The notes under the pieces were generated by a model. The model saw only the letters and a program-made list of their open reading frames with translations, made no database searches and was not told the DNA's origin. 64,000 bases of DNA from Dehalococcoidia bacterium (lineage in GTDB: Bacteria > Chloroflexota > Dehalococcoidia > Lucifugimonadales > UBA1127), in NCBI GenBank assembly GCA_965249605.1, contig OZ252245.1:830250-894249 (forward strand), read 5' to 3'. Position 1 is the first letter of the stretch. Each line of letters begins with the position of its first letter. A program made the translations under genes and the position numbers. This document shows, one piece after another, positions 35,338 to 44,133 of this stretch.

Positions 35338-36597
35338 ATGCTGACCACGCAAGAGACGGAATACCTCTGCAGAGTGGGCCCCGGCACGCCCATGGGCAAC
35401 CTGATGCGCCGCTTCTGGCACCCGGTGCTGCTCTCGAAGGAGCTGCCCGGACCGGACTGCCCGCCGCTGCGCTCGCGCATTTTGGGTGAGGACCTCGTCG
35501 CGTACCGTGACTCCAACGGCAAGGTGGGGTTGCTGGACAACAACTGCCCGCACCGGCGCGCAAGCCTGTTCTTCGGCAGGAACGAGGAGGCCGGGCTGCG
35601 CTGCGTCTACCACGGATGGAAGTTTGACACGAGCGGCGCCTGCGTCGACATGCCGTCGGAGCCGGCGGATAGCAACTTCAAGGACAAGGTCAAGATCAAG
35701 GCGTACCCGGTAAAGGAAGCGGGCGAGTTGATCTGGGCGTACATGGGGCCACCGGAGCTTGAGCCGCCTCTGCCGATGCTGGAGTACAACTCGCTCGGGG
35801 CGGACCAGGTGTCCGTGTCCAAGCTCCGCTATGAGTCCAACTACGTGCAAGTCGTCGAGGGCGACATCGACACGGTGCACGCCTCTCTGCTGCACAGCCG
35901 GTTGTCCGCGCTGGATGACGCCCCTACGGCGACGTCGCTGGCGGGCAAGTACTCGTACCCGGACCGCGCGCCCAAGTTCTTCGTCGAGGACACGGACGGC
36001 GGCATCCTCATCGGCGCGCGGCGCCGTGCGGAGGAAGACAGCTACTACTGGCGCATCTCCCGGTGGCTCTTCCCCTATTTCACCATGATTCCAAGGGAGC
36101 CGCATGGCATCACCCAGGGCGGCGCCATGGTGCCTATCGACGACGAGAACTGCTGGTTCGTGCACATCCGCTGGAACCCCTACGGCCCCTTGACTGAGGA
36201 CCAGCGGTACGAGAACAACTTCGACCTGAACATCAGGGACGACGGTTCCTGGCTGGCCATCGGCAACCGCCGCAACGACTACCTCATCGACCGGGAGAAG
36301 CAGCGGACCGAGTCTTACACCGGCATCGCCTTTGTGCGGGCGCAGGACTCCGCCATGACGGACAGCATGGGCACTATCGCCGACCGCTCCAAGGAGCACC
36401 TGGCGACGACAGACACGGCGATCATCCGCATGCGCCGGCGTCTCATCAAGGCGGCCCGGGCGTTGGAGGACGGCGTCGAGCCGTTCCCGCCGCACCACCC
36501 CGAGTCCTACAAGGTGCGCTCTGGCGGATGCGTGCTCCCAAGAGATGTATACTTCACCGAAGACACCGAGGTCTTGGCCGACATAACCGTGAAGTAG
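35338..36597 (+). CDS. Rieske non-heme iron oxygenase alpha subunit, phthalate-dioxygenase-like (class IA type)
   Basis: Rieske site CPHRRASLFFGRNEEAGLRCVYHGWKF and mononuclear Fe site DIDTVHASLLH. The N-terminus LCRVGPGTPMGNLMRRFWHP is typical of the phthalate-dioxygenase clade. Confidence 0.9.
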   Translation: MLTTQETEYLCRVGPGTPMGNLMRRFWHPVLLSKELPGPDCPPLRSRILGEDLVAYRDSNGKVGLLDNNCPHRRASLFFGRNEEAGLRCVYHGWKFDTSGACVDMPSEPADSNFKDKVKIKAYPVKEAGELIWAYMGPPELEPPLPMLEYNSLGADQVSVSKLRYESNYVQVVEGDIDTVHASLLHSRLSALDDAPTATSLAGKYSYPDRAPKFFVEDTDGGILIGARRRAEEDSYYWRISRWLFPYFTMIPREPHGITQGGAMVPIDDENCWFVHIRWNPYGPLTEDQRYENNFDLNIRDDGSWLAIGNRRNDYLIDREKQRTESYTGIAFVRAQDSAMTDSMGTIADRSKEHLATTDTAIIRMRRRLIKAARALEDGVEPFPPHHPESYKVRSGGCVLPRDVYFTEDTEVLADITVK

Positions 36598-36617
36598 ACG
36601 CTGCCCACCGGTAGCAG

Positions 36618-36665
36618 AGAGCCCCACGGCTCACCTCGCGGAGGGTCGTGGGGCTCTTCTTTTGT
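36618..36665 (+). terminator. Rho-independent terminator
   Basis: Perfect 11-bp stem: agagccccacg pairs with cgtggggctct, followed by tcttttgtg. Confidence 0.7.
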
Positions 36666-36695
36666 GCGGCGGACCCAGGGTAGGGAGAGCAATAC

Positions 36696-38015
36696 TTGGC
36701 GGAGAATCGCACGGGCGCGGAAGCGCAGCCTGAGCCGCAGTCGTGGCAGGGAAGGCTGCCCTTCTTCTACGGCTGGGTCATCGTCGTAATCGCCTTCATG
36801 ATGAGCTTCATGACGGCGGGCGTCGGCTGGTCGACGAGCGTCATCGCCGTGCCCATGCGCGACGACCTTGGCTGGAGCCTGTCGTCCATCTACCTTGGCC
36901 TGACGATGCGTGGGCTGGTTGGGGCCGGCGGGATGTTCCTGCTGGGGCGCTTCGCCGACCTGAAGCACGGTGCGCGCTCCCTGGCGGTCGTGAGCGGCGG
37001 TCTGTCGGCGGTGACGTTGATCGCGATCTCGCAGGTGGATTCGCACTGGGAGTTCCTCTTGCTCTATGGCGTCGTCGGCGGGATTACGACGGCGGGGACC
37101 GGCTTCCTGATCATGTCGGCGGTGGTGCCGCGCTGGTTCTTCCGCAAGCGGGGCCGCGCCGTGGCCTTCGCGACGATGGGGTCGGGCGCGGCGGCCTTCA
37201 TTCTGCCGCCTGTGATGGCGTTAATCTTTGAATACGTTGGCTGGCGGGGCACATGGGTGGTGCTGGGGGCCATGACGGCGATGTTCACCATCCTCCCCGC
37301 TTTCCTCATCTGGCGGCAGCCGGAGGACATTGGCCTAGTGCCCGATGGCAAGATCGAGCCCATCCCGGCAAACCGAGCCGGGGCGGTGCAGCACGTGCGC
37401 AACTACACCATGTCGGAGGCGCTCCGGACGCCGGTGTTGTTCGTTCTGGTGTTCGCCGTCGCGGCGGCGAGCCTCTCGCCCAACGGCGTGCCCGCCTCCC
37501 TGGTGCCCATGTACATCGACAAGGGGCACACTACTCAGGTGGCGGCGCTGGGCTTCAGCATCTACGGGTTGTTCAGCATGCTGGCCCGCTTCTTCTGGGG
37601 GTTTCTGGCGGAACGCTACCACATCCGGACGGTGATCATCGGCATTGGCGTGTTCACGGGGCTCGTCATGCCCCTGTTGATCTTTGTGGGCGGTTATCCT
37701 GCGCTGTTGTACTCCGCGCTCGCGGGCTTCGGCATTGGCGGCTTCATAGGAACGCAGACGTTGGTGTGGCCGGCGTACTTCGGGCGGACGCACCTGGGCG
37801 CGATCGTGGGCGTCAGCCGACCCTTCGCGACGGTGGTGAACGCGTCGGGGCCGCTGCTCATGGCACAGAGCTTCGACCGCACGGGCAGCTACAGCTTTGG
37901 CCTCTGGTGCATGGGGGTCTCCTGGCTGCTGTGCGCCGCCGCGATGTTCTTTGCCCGCCCCATGCGCCAGGTGGAACTGTCGCAGGAAGCGGCCAAGGCG
38001 CAGCAGGCTGGGTAG
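36696..38015 (+). CDS. MFS transporter, FFYGWVIV family, tandem copy A
   Basis: 439 aa, TTG start. RLPFFYGWVIVVIAFMM...VPMRDDLGWS, about 12 TM segments. Confidence 0.85.
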   Translation: MAENRTGAEAQPEPQSWQGRLPFFYGWVIVVIAFMMSFMTAGVGWSTSVIAVPMRDDLGWSLSSIYLGLTMRGLVGAGGMFLLGRFADLKHGARSLAVVSGGLSAVTLIAISQVDSHWEFLLLYGVVGGITTAGTGFLIMSAVVPRWFFRKRGRAVAFATMGSGAAAFILPPVMALIFEYVGWRGTWVVLGAMTAMFTILPAFLIWRQPEDIGLVPDGKIEPIPANRAGAVQHVRNYTMSEALRTPVLFVLVFAVAAASLSPNGVPASLVPMYIDKGHTTQVAALGFSIYGLFSMLARFFWGFLAERYHIRTVIIGIGVFTGLVMPLLIFVGGYPALLYSALAGFGIGGFIGTQTLVWPAYFGRTHLGAIVGVSRPFATVVNASGPLLMAQSFDRTGSYSFGLWCMGVSWLLCAAAMFFARPMRQVELSQEAAKAQQAG

Positions 38016-38028
38016 GGCATCGGCCCTT

Positions 38029-38077
38029 CGACAAGCCCTTCGAGAGCCTCAGGACCGGCCCAGGGCGAGCGGTAGGA
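38029..38077 (+). repeat. Degenerate REP-like repeat (CCCTTCGACAAG... family)
   Basis: cccttcgacaagcccttcgagagcctcaggaccggcccagggcgagcgg shares both ends with the 46143 element. Confidence 0.5.
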
Positions 38078-38114
38078 AAGGGTCGGCGTTAAGCAGTTCA
38101 ACCAGGGGTGGCGG

Positions 38115-39422
38115 ATGGCAGAACAGGATACAGATGAGCGCCCACAGTCGTGGCAGGCCAGGCTGCCCTTCTTCTACGGCTGGGTGATTGTGGCCATCAC
38201 CTTCGTGATGGGCTTCATGACGGCCGGCGCTTTCTGGGCGACCAGCGTCATCGCCGTCCCCATGCGCGACGACCTCGGCTGGAGCCTCTCGTCCATCTAC
38301 CTTGGCCTGACGATGCGCATGCTGGTTGGGGCGGGCTGCATAGTCGTGCTGGGGCGGTTCGCCGACCTCAAGCACGGCGCAAGGACGCTCGCCATCATCG
38401 GCGGGGTTCTGGCGGCGCTCTCTTTGGCAGGGGTGTTCTACGTCAATGAACTCTGGCAGTTCCTCGCCCTGTACGGCGTGGTGGGCGGCTTCTCTGTGGC
38501 CGGAGCCGGCTTCCTCATCATGTCCGCTGTCGTGCCGCGCTGGTTTTTCCGCAAGCGCGGCCGAGCCATGGCCTTCGCGACGATGGGGTCGGGCGCGGCG
38601 GCGTTCGTGTTGCCGCCGCTGCTTGCCTTCGTGCTGGAGCTTGTGGGGTGGCGCGGCACGTGGGTGTTCCTCGGCGTGCTTACGGGGGTCTTCACAGTGC
38701 TCCCGGCCTTACTGGTATGGCGGCAGCCGGAGGACGTCGGGCTGGAGCCTGACGGCGGCATCGAGCCGATCCCGGCCAACCGAGCCGACGCGGTTCAGCA
38801 CGTCCGCAACTACACCCTGAGGGAGGCGGTTCGAACGCCCGTCATGTGGGTGCTGATCTTTGCCCTGGCGTCGGCGAGCCTGTCGCCCAACGGCGTTCCC
38901 TCGACGCTCGTGCCCATGTTCATCGAGAAGGGCCACTCGACGCAGGCGGCGGCGCTGGGCTTCAGCATCTACGGCCTCTTCAGCATGCTGGCACGCTTCT
39001 TCTGGGGCTTCCTGGCGGAGCGCTACCACATCCGCACGGTAATCATCGGCATCGGCCTGTTCTCCGCAGTGGTGATGCCGATGCTCATATTCATGGAGGG
39101 CAACGTCGCGCTGCTTTACGCGGCGTTTGCGGGCTTCGGCATCGGCGGACTCATCGGCACGAATTCGCTCGTGTGGCCGGCCTACTTTGGCCGGAGCCAC
39201 CTTGGCGCGATCGTGGGCGTCAGCCGGCCCTTCGAAACAGCCGTCATGGCTTCCGGGCCGCTGCTGATGGCGCAGAGCTTCGACCGGACCGGCGGCTACA
39301 CGTTCGGCCTGTGGTGCATGGGGCTGTCCTGGCTGCTCTCAGCCGGCGCCCTGCTGCTTGCCCGGCCGCCTCGGCAGGTGGAGTCGTCGACGGAGGCGGC
39401 GAGGGCGCAGGAGGCCGGGTAG
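38115..39422 (+). CDS. MFS transporter, FFYGWVIV family, tandem copy B
   Basis: 435 aa, colinear with 36696-38015. By eye roughly three quarters of residues are identical. Confidence 0.85.
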   Translation: MAEQDTDERPQSWQARLPFFYGWVIVAITFVMGFMTAGAFWATSVIAVPMRDDLGWSLSSIYLGLTMRMLVGAGCIVVLGRFADLKHGARTLAIIGGVLAALSLAGVFYVNELWQFLALYGVVGGFSVAGAGFLIMSAVVPRWFFRKRGRAMAFATMGSGAAAFVLPPLLAFVLELVGWRGTWVFLGVLTGVFTVLPALLVWRQPEDVGLEPDGGIEPIPANRADAVQHVRNYTLREAVRTPVMWVLIFALASASLSPNGVPSTLVPMFIEKGHSTQAAALGFSIYGLFSMLARFFWGFLAERYHIRTVIIGIGLFSAVVMPMLIFMEGNVALLYAAFAGFGIGGLIGTNSLVWPAYFGRSHLGAIVGVSRPFETAVMASGPLLMAQSFDRTGGYTFGLWCMGLSWLLSAGALLLARPPRQVESSTEAARAQEAG

Positions 39423-39464
39423 GGTAAGCGCCTCAATGGCCCTCGGCATCCAGTTTCATGCCCC

Positions 39465-40211
39465 CTACCGAATCAGCCTGCGCACGTACGCCGCCAACCC
39501 TGCACACGAATCCCTCAGCAGCCTGTCGTCGCCGGGTTGCTCAAGGCAGTCGTACCAGCGGACTGCGGCGAGGACCGGCTCTCGCCATTGCTGCGGCAGC
39601 GACGCCAACGCCCAGCGTGCCGACTCCAACTTCGTGACTGCAGCCTCGTGGGTGGTCAGCGTGTGCGCAATGCGACAGCAGTTCAGTACGACGTACTGCG
39701 CGAACAGCTCTGTCTCTACCCTGTGAAGGCGGTCCTCCATCCACGCGATCTCATGTTGCAACGCGGTCAGCACCTCTTCCCAATCTGGCCAGTTGACGAC
39801 GTCCCTTGGCTGCGCCCCGTGAAGCAGCACGTAGCGGCCTGACAGCAGGTGGCAGCGGTGGAGCGCCCACATGTAGTCGACCAGGTGCGGGGACAGCAGG
39901 TGGGACGGAGTCCGCGAAACGTGTGCAGCACCTAAGTGGATGTACCAGGCGTCCAGTTCTGCGCCTAAGTCCGACTCGATCTCGCGTCTCATCGCTTCCA
40001 TTCCGGCTGCCTGCGCCGAAGAGGGCGATCGAGTGAGAACACCGTGGACGTCCACGTCGCCCAGCCGGGCGGGCGGCTCGGGTGAGACCGCCGCACCGTA
40101 GACCCACAGTGCAGCGAGGTCATCGCCGAGCAGGCGAAGCAGTCCATCACGCAGTCGCTCACACGCCAAGCGCACCTGGGGAAGTAGCGATGCTAGGGAG
40201 ACTCCGTCCAA
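39465..40211 (-). CDS. Nucleotidyltransferase-domain protein with a DUF4111-like C-terminus (AadA/ANT(3'')-like architecture)
   Basis: The NTase motif context is VYGAAVS...LGDVDVHGVL. The C-terminal helical region resembles aminoglycoside adenylyltransferase-like proteins. No resistance function is implied. Confidence 0.55.
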   Translation of the reverse strand: MDGVSLASLLPQVRLACERLRDGLLRLLGDDLAALWVYGAAVSPEPPARLGDVDVHGVLTRSPSSAQAAGMEAMRREIESDLGAELDAWYIHLGAAHVSRTPSHLLSPHLVDYMWALHRCHLLSGRYVLLHGAQPRDVVNWPDWEEVLTALQHEIAWMEDRLHRVETELFAQYVVLNCCRIAHTLTTHEAAVTKLESARWALASLPQQWREPVLAAVRWYDCLEQPGDDRLLRDSCAGLAAYVRRLIR

Positions 40212-40244
40212 CGCAAGCAGTGCCCTTCTCAGACCACGGTCTGA

Positions 40245-41057
40245 CTACCCCTCCCGCACCCGGAAGGCCTGCAGCGCTGTTTTGCTGAAGGCCCACTCGC
40301 GCTCCTCTTCGGTCTTGAAGACGGGGTGGTCTTGCACCCCGAGGAGGGAGTTGCGGTAGCCCTCTCGGCCGGCTACGGGCGGGAAGTCGCTGCCCCACAT
40401 CATGCGCTGCGCGCCGAAGACCTCGTAGGCCATCTCCATGGCGGGCGGGACGTCCTCGAAGCGCAGCTCCGGGGAGAGCCGCCCCGGCCGCTGCCCAAAC
40501 TCGCCGATGCCGCCGAACTTGATGTAAGTGTTGGGCCGGGACGCCAGCTCCAACGCCTTCTTGTAGTTATCGTACGGGGCCACCACCGACTCCGGGCTGC
40601 GGGGGTGGTACATGCCGCACAGGTGCTCCAGCACGATGGTGGTGTCCGACACGCCGAGGATGAGCTCCTGAAAGCCCGCGTCCGCCGTGTGAGCGGTGTT
40701 GACCAAGAACACGCTGACGGGGAGGCCGACCTCGCCGGCCTTGCGCCAGATGGCCGAGGGGTCGTCGCCGGGCGAGCGGTCCGTGGGCAGCAGGCGGACG
40801 CCGCAGACGTCCGGGTTGGCGGCGAGGGCTTCAAGCGTCGCGGGGGCGTCGGGGTCCGAGGCGTCGACGCCGGCGATGGCGCTGAAGCGGCCCGGGAACC
40901 GCTCAATGCACTCTAGCAGGTAGGAGTTGTCGTACATGCCGCGGTGCTGGGTGAGCAGGGCGCGCTGCACGCCGTTGTTGTCCATGCAGGCCAGCAGGGT
41001 CTCGATGGGCTCGAACCAGCTCGTGCCCGCGTGGCAGTGGGTGTCGACGTAGTCCAT
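40245..41057 (-). CDS. Amidohydrolase-2 family TIM-barrel metal-dependent hydrolase (LigI/ACMSD superfamily)
   Basis: MDYVDTHCHAG N-terminal metal motif, GSDFPP near the C-terminus. Confidence 0.85.
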   Translation of the reverse strand: MDYVDTHCHAGTSWFEPIETLLACMDNNGVQRALLTQHRGMYDNSYLLECIERFPGRFSAIAGVDASDPDAPATLEALAANPDVCGVRLLPTDRSPGDDPSAIWRKAGEVGLPVSVFLVNTAHTADAGFQELILGVSDTTIVLEHLCGMYHPRSPESVVAPYDNYKKALELASRPNTYIKFGGIGEFGQRPGRLSPELRFEDVPPAMEMAYEVFGAQRMMWGSDFPPVAGREGYRNSLLGVQDHPVFKTEEEREWAFSKTALQAFRVREG

Positions 41058-41214
41058 GGCGTAGCCCCCTTCATTCGCGATGATGGCCGTACGCTAGCAT
41101 CGGCCTGCGCGGTCGTCAAACGGGGCTGCCGGGGGATTTGTTTGGGAATTATATACTTGACTTCACAACCCCTATCTAAGACAATACGGGTAGAGCGATA
41201 GGAGGTCAAGAGCA

Positions 41215-42165
41215 ATGGCCCACCACGACGGAACCACCATCAGCGCCTACGAGTTCTTCCGGGAGTTCCCCGACGAGCAGGCCGCCATTGAGCGCGTCGA
41301 GCGCATCCGCTGGGATGGCGCGGTGACGTGTCCCTTCTGCGCGAGCGAGCGCACCACGCGGCTGAAGGACTACCAGTACCACCTCTGCAAGGACTGCCGC
41401 AAGAAGTTCACCGTCCGCACAGGCACCATCTTCGAGCGGTCGCACATCCCTCTGGACAAGTGGCTCTACGGTATGTACATCCTTCAGACGGCCCGCAAGG
41501 GCGTGTCCAGCCTTCAGTTGTCCAAGGAGCTGGGCATCACGCAAAAGTCCACCTGGTTCATGCTGCACCGGCTGCGCGAGGCGTGTGACGTGGAGGTGGA
41601 TATCATGGCGGGGCCGGTCGAAGCGGATGAGACGTACTTCGGCGGCAAGGAAGGCAACAAGCACGAGGCCAAGAAGCTGAACGCTGGACGCGGAGCTGTA
41701 GGCAAGGTCGCGGTGGCGGGGGTCAAGGACCGGACGACGGGCCAAGTCAAGGCGAAGGTGGTGGAGCACGTTGACGCGCCGACGTTGCAAGGGTTCGTGC
41801 ATGGCGCGACGGAGCCGACGGCGACGGTCTACACCGACGAGGCGCGAGCCTATGAGGGCCTGCGGCGACCTCACGCCGTCGTGAAGCACAGCGTCAAGGA
41901 GTTCGTGAACGAGATGGCCCACACCAACGGCATCGAGTCCGTGTGGGCGGTGATGAAGCGCGGCTACAACGGCGTCTACCACCACTGGAGCGCGAAGCAC
42001 CTGAAGCGGTACGTCAACGAGTTCACCTTCCGGCTCGGCAAGGGCAATGTTCGCCGGACGACGATGCAACGGTTGGACAGCCTTGTACGGGGCGCGATGG
42101 GAAAGCGGCTCACCTACGAGAAGCTGATAGGGCCGGAGTACACGCGCAGCCCCCGGATACTGTAG
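41215..42165 (+). CDS. IS1595-family (ISXO2-like) transposase
   Basis: 316 aa with an N-terminal zinc ribbon (CPFCASERTTRL..CKDCRKKFT), then GVSSLQLSKELGITQKSTWFMLHRLREA and DETYFGG. GGAGG lies upstream. Confidence 0.9.
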   Translation: MAHHDGTTISAYEFFREFPDEQAAIERVERIRWDGAVTCPFCASERTTRLKDYQYHLCKDCRKKFTVRTGTIFERSHIPLDKWLYGMYILQTARKGVSSLQLSKELGITQKSTWFMLHRLREACDVEVDIMAGPVEADETYFGGKEGNKHEAKKLNAGRGAVGKVAVAGVKDRTTGQVKAKVVEHVDAPTLQGFVHGATEPTATVYTDEARAYEGLRRPHAVVKHSVKEFVNEMAHTNGIESVWAVMKRGYNGVYHHWSAKHLKRYVNEFTFRLGKGNVRRTTMQRLDSLVRGAMGKRLTYEKLIGPEYTRSPRIL

Positions 42166-42206
42166 ACTCACAGGGCGAACGGGAAGATTCGGCCAGGAGG
42201 ACGCCC

Positions 42207-42311
42207 ATGCCGGAGGAACCCAAGGTAGACCAGAAGGCCCTCGACGCGATGATCAAGAAGGTCGTGACCTACCGCCCCAAGAAACAGGAGCGGAAGCCCG
42301 CAAAGAGATGA
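42207..42311 (+). CDS. Small Lys-rich ORF (34 aa) inside the IS
   Basis: AGGAGG at 42195-42200 precedes the ATG: MPEEPKVDQKALDAMIKKVVTYRPKKQERKPAKR. It is too short to validate. Confidence 0.3.
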   Translation: MPEEPKVDQKALDAMIKKVVTYRPKKQERKPAKR

Positions 42312-42324
42312 CAGGAGGTGGATC

Positions 42325-42540
42325 GTGAATGGATTTGAGACTTTGCTTACGCCCCTCGCCCTTCTTGCGCTCAACTTGCTCATGTTGGGAGTGTGGGTGA
42401 CTCTCCGGCGACTAGAGGTTCAAGTGACTGAATTGCGCTCACCAACCCATACGACGCTAGAAACACCACAACCCCAAATAGCGGAACAACCCACCAGTGT
42501 AACCGCCAAGCACGATGATCTAGTAGGTCCACGTAGTTAG
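42325..42540 (+). CDS. Hypothetical single-TM ORF (71 aa) inside the IS; mutually exclusive with 42380-42610(-)
   Basis: GTG start with AGGAGG at 42313-42318. N-terminal TM segment LLTPLALLALNLLMLGVWVTL. Confidence 0.3.
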   Translation: MNGFETLLTPLALLALNLLMLGVWVTLRRLEVQVTELRSPTHTTLETPQPQIAEQPTSVTAKHDDLVGPRS

Positions 42541-42610
42541 CGGCGAGGCACCCAATGACTACGACGGCTGTTATCGCTATGGCGATTGGCAGCGGGGTCT
42601 CTGGCCACAT
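42380..42610 (-). CDS. Hypothetical two-TM ORF (76 aa) inside the IS; overlaps 42325-42540(+)
   Basis: ATG 42610 with GAGGAG upstream on the minus strand: MWPETPLPIAIAITAVVVIGCLAAN...WWVVPLFGVVVFLASYGLV. It cannot be distinguished from the opposite-strand ORF by sequence alone. Confidence 0.3.
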   Translation of the reverse strand: MWPETPLPIAIAITAVVVIGCLAANYVDLLDHRAWRLHWWVVPLFGVVVFLASYGLVSAIQSLEPLVAGESPTLPT

Positions 42611-42768
42611 ACTCCACTCCTCTCGATTGACGCACCTTGACCACGGGCGGTACGATGGGGTTGCAGGTTCCCCCAGCACCACCATGAGGCCCCCGGTTGC
42701 CGCCGGGGGCCTCGCTATGTTCGGGCACCTTATACAAGGTCAATCGAGGCAGTCAACCCGTTCGGCTT

Positions 42769-43176
42769 CTAGGCGACCCGTTCCACGCCGTCATACGAAC
42801 GCTGGATGGGGAGGCTGGGCATAAACGCGACGACGAGGGAGAGGAGCAAACCGGGGAAGACCCAAAAGAGGAACAACAGCAGCCACCACCGGGCAACACC
42901 GGCATCTCGATAGCGGCGGGCCAGCACCGTTAAGAACGGGCAGAGGTGGGTTGCTATGAGGACTAGGGAGACGCCGTTGGCGAAGGCGTAGACGTCCTCG
43001 GCCGCCTTGGCGGTCAACGCCATTGCCTCGGCGATCACCCCCGCGATGAAGAGGGGACTTGCCAGAAGGACCACGAGGTAGAGAAAGAACCACAAGAACT
43101 CTGCCCGCGTTGCCCGGCCCGCCCCATTGAAATACTGCCAGTACCCGGACCGCACGGCCTGCTTTGGTGTGAGCAT
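42769..43176 (-). CDS. DUF805-family inner-membrane protein (IS cargo)
   Basis: Start at ATG 43176. GRATRAEFLWFFLYLVVLL ... RRYRDAGVARWWLLLFLF matches the DUF805 pattern (R.EFW.F ... RR.HD.G.SGWW). Confidence 0.75.
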   Translation of the reverse strand: MLTPKQAVRSGYWQYFNGAGRATRAEFLWFFLYLVVLLASPLFIAGVIAEAMALTAKAAEDVYAFANGVSLVLIATHLCPFLTVLARRYRDAGVARWWLLLFLFWVFPGLLLSLVVAFMPSLPIQRSYDGVERVA

Positions 43177-43388
43177 TGAGCACCCCTTTGTACCGCACAC
43201 AGGGGCGCCCGTGGAATCAACAGGAGACCCCATGCGGTAGGATTTGCGCTCTCTGCCAAAAGGACGCCACTCCTAATGTGCCCGCATGGGGCCACGGGGC
43301 AAATCCCCGCACTAGGAGTAGGCCGCTCTTGGCAGAGAGGGTGAGGATGCTACAATGAGTGGGTTGTGAAGTCAACTATATAATTCCC

Positions 43389-43671
43389 ATTTGTTTTCTA
43401 GCCTCGTCGTAGCTGAGGCGACCTTCCCTCGCTGTAGCTGAGGCAACCTTGCTTCGGCATTCGAAATATAGCTGTCGTGACGCATTTTAGCTACAATTCC
43501 AATCCAAGAACCTTATGCCGGTGGAAACAAATCCTCCCCGGTGCGTGCCGAACGCCACCGGGCCATGGCCACAGAACACACTGGCACCTTGCCAATAGGC
43601 GCCCAGGTGGAGGTTGTAGGACAGGTTGCGGATGCTGATCTGCATTGCCATGAGGTGAGGGTAGTGGAAGG
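43389..43671. repeat. Copy 1 of the perfectly conserved core of a 462-bp tandem duplication (the part to the right of the IS)
   Basis: Identical base-for-base to 43851-44133. With 41132-41143 on the other side of the IS, the perfect match totals 287 bp. Confidence 0.9.
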
Positions 43672-43735
43672 TGCCGCCTAGGGGCAACGGGCCGGTGTCA
43701 GGGTAGCGAGGCACTTGTGAGGGGAGAGTTCGCGC

Positions 43736-43772
43736 TTGTGCCCGCGTGGCAGTGCGTGTCGACGAAGTCCAT
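43736..43772 (-). pseudogene. Duplicated 5' stub of the amidohydrolase gene (first ~12 codons)
   Basis: ATGGACTTCGTCGACACGCACTGCCACGCGGGCAC (MDFVDTHCHAG) versus the real start MDYVDTHCHAG at 41057. The reading frame terminates after 24 codons. Confidence 0.8.
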
Positions 43773-43850
43773 GGCGTAGCCCCCTTCATTCGCGATGATG
43801 GCCGTACGCTAGCATCGGCCTGCGTGGGCGTCAAACGGGGCTGCCTGGGG

Positions 43851-44133
43851 ATTTGTTTTCTAGCCTCGTCGTAGCTGAGGCGACCTTCCCTCGCTGTAGC
43901 TGAGGCAACCTTGCTTCGGCATTCGAAATATAGCTGTCGTGACGCATTTTAGCTACAATTCCAATCCAAGAACCTTATGCCGGTGGAAACAAATCCTCCC
44001 CGGTGCGTGCCGAACGCCACCGGGCCATGGCCACAGAACACACTGGCACCTTGCCAATAGGCGCCCAGGTGGAGGTTGTAGGACAGGTTGCGGATGCTGA
44101 TCTGCATTGCCATGAGGTGAGGGTAGTGGAAGG
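43851..44133. repeat. Copy 2 of the perfectly conserved duplication core (uninterrupted, preserves the empty IS target site)
   Basis: Offset is exactly 462 bp from copy 1. It contains a single ATTTGTTT at 43851-43858 where copy 1 carries the IS. Confidence 0.9.

Larger units (their letters stand above)
41144..43388 (+). mobile_element. IS1595-family insertion sequence carrying about 1.2 kb of passenger DNA
   Basis: IR-L at 41144-41171 (gggaattatatacttgacttcacaaccc) and IR-R at 43361-43388 (reverse complement gggaattatatagttgacttcacaaccc) match at 27/28 positions. They are flanked by the 8-bp direct repeat ATTTGTTT (41136-41143 and 43389-43396). Confidence 0.9.

Noticed and set aside
43487-43671. 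Riboswitch-like strings in the duplicated core: CTGATCTGCATTGCCATGAGG resembles the TPP-riboswitch 3' half, and GGTGGAAACAAATCC resembles a cobalamin element.
   Set aside because: The complementary conserved halves are absent (for example CTGAGA for TPP, or a proper B12 box). The orientation relative to downstream genes is inconsistent. The region is kept only as an unexplained conserved core in the findings.
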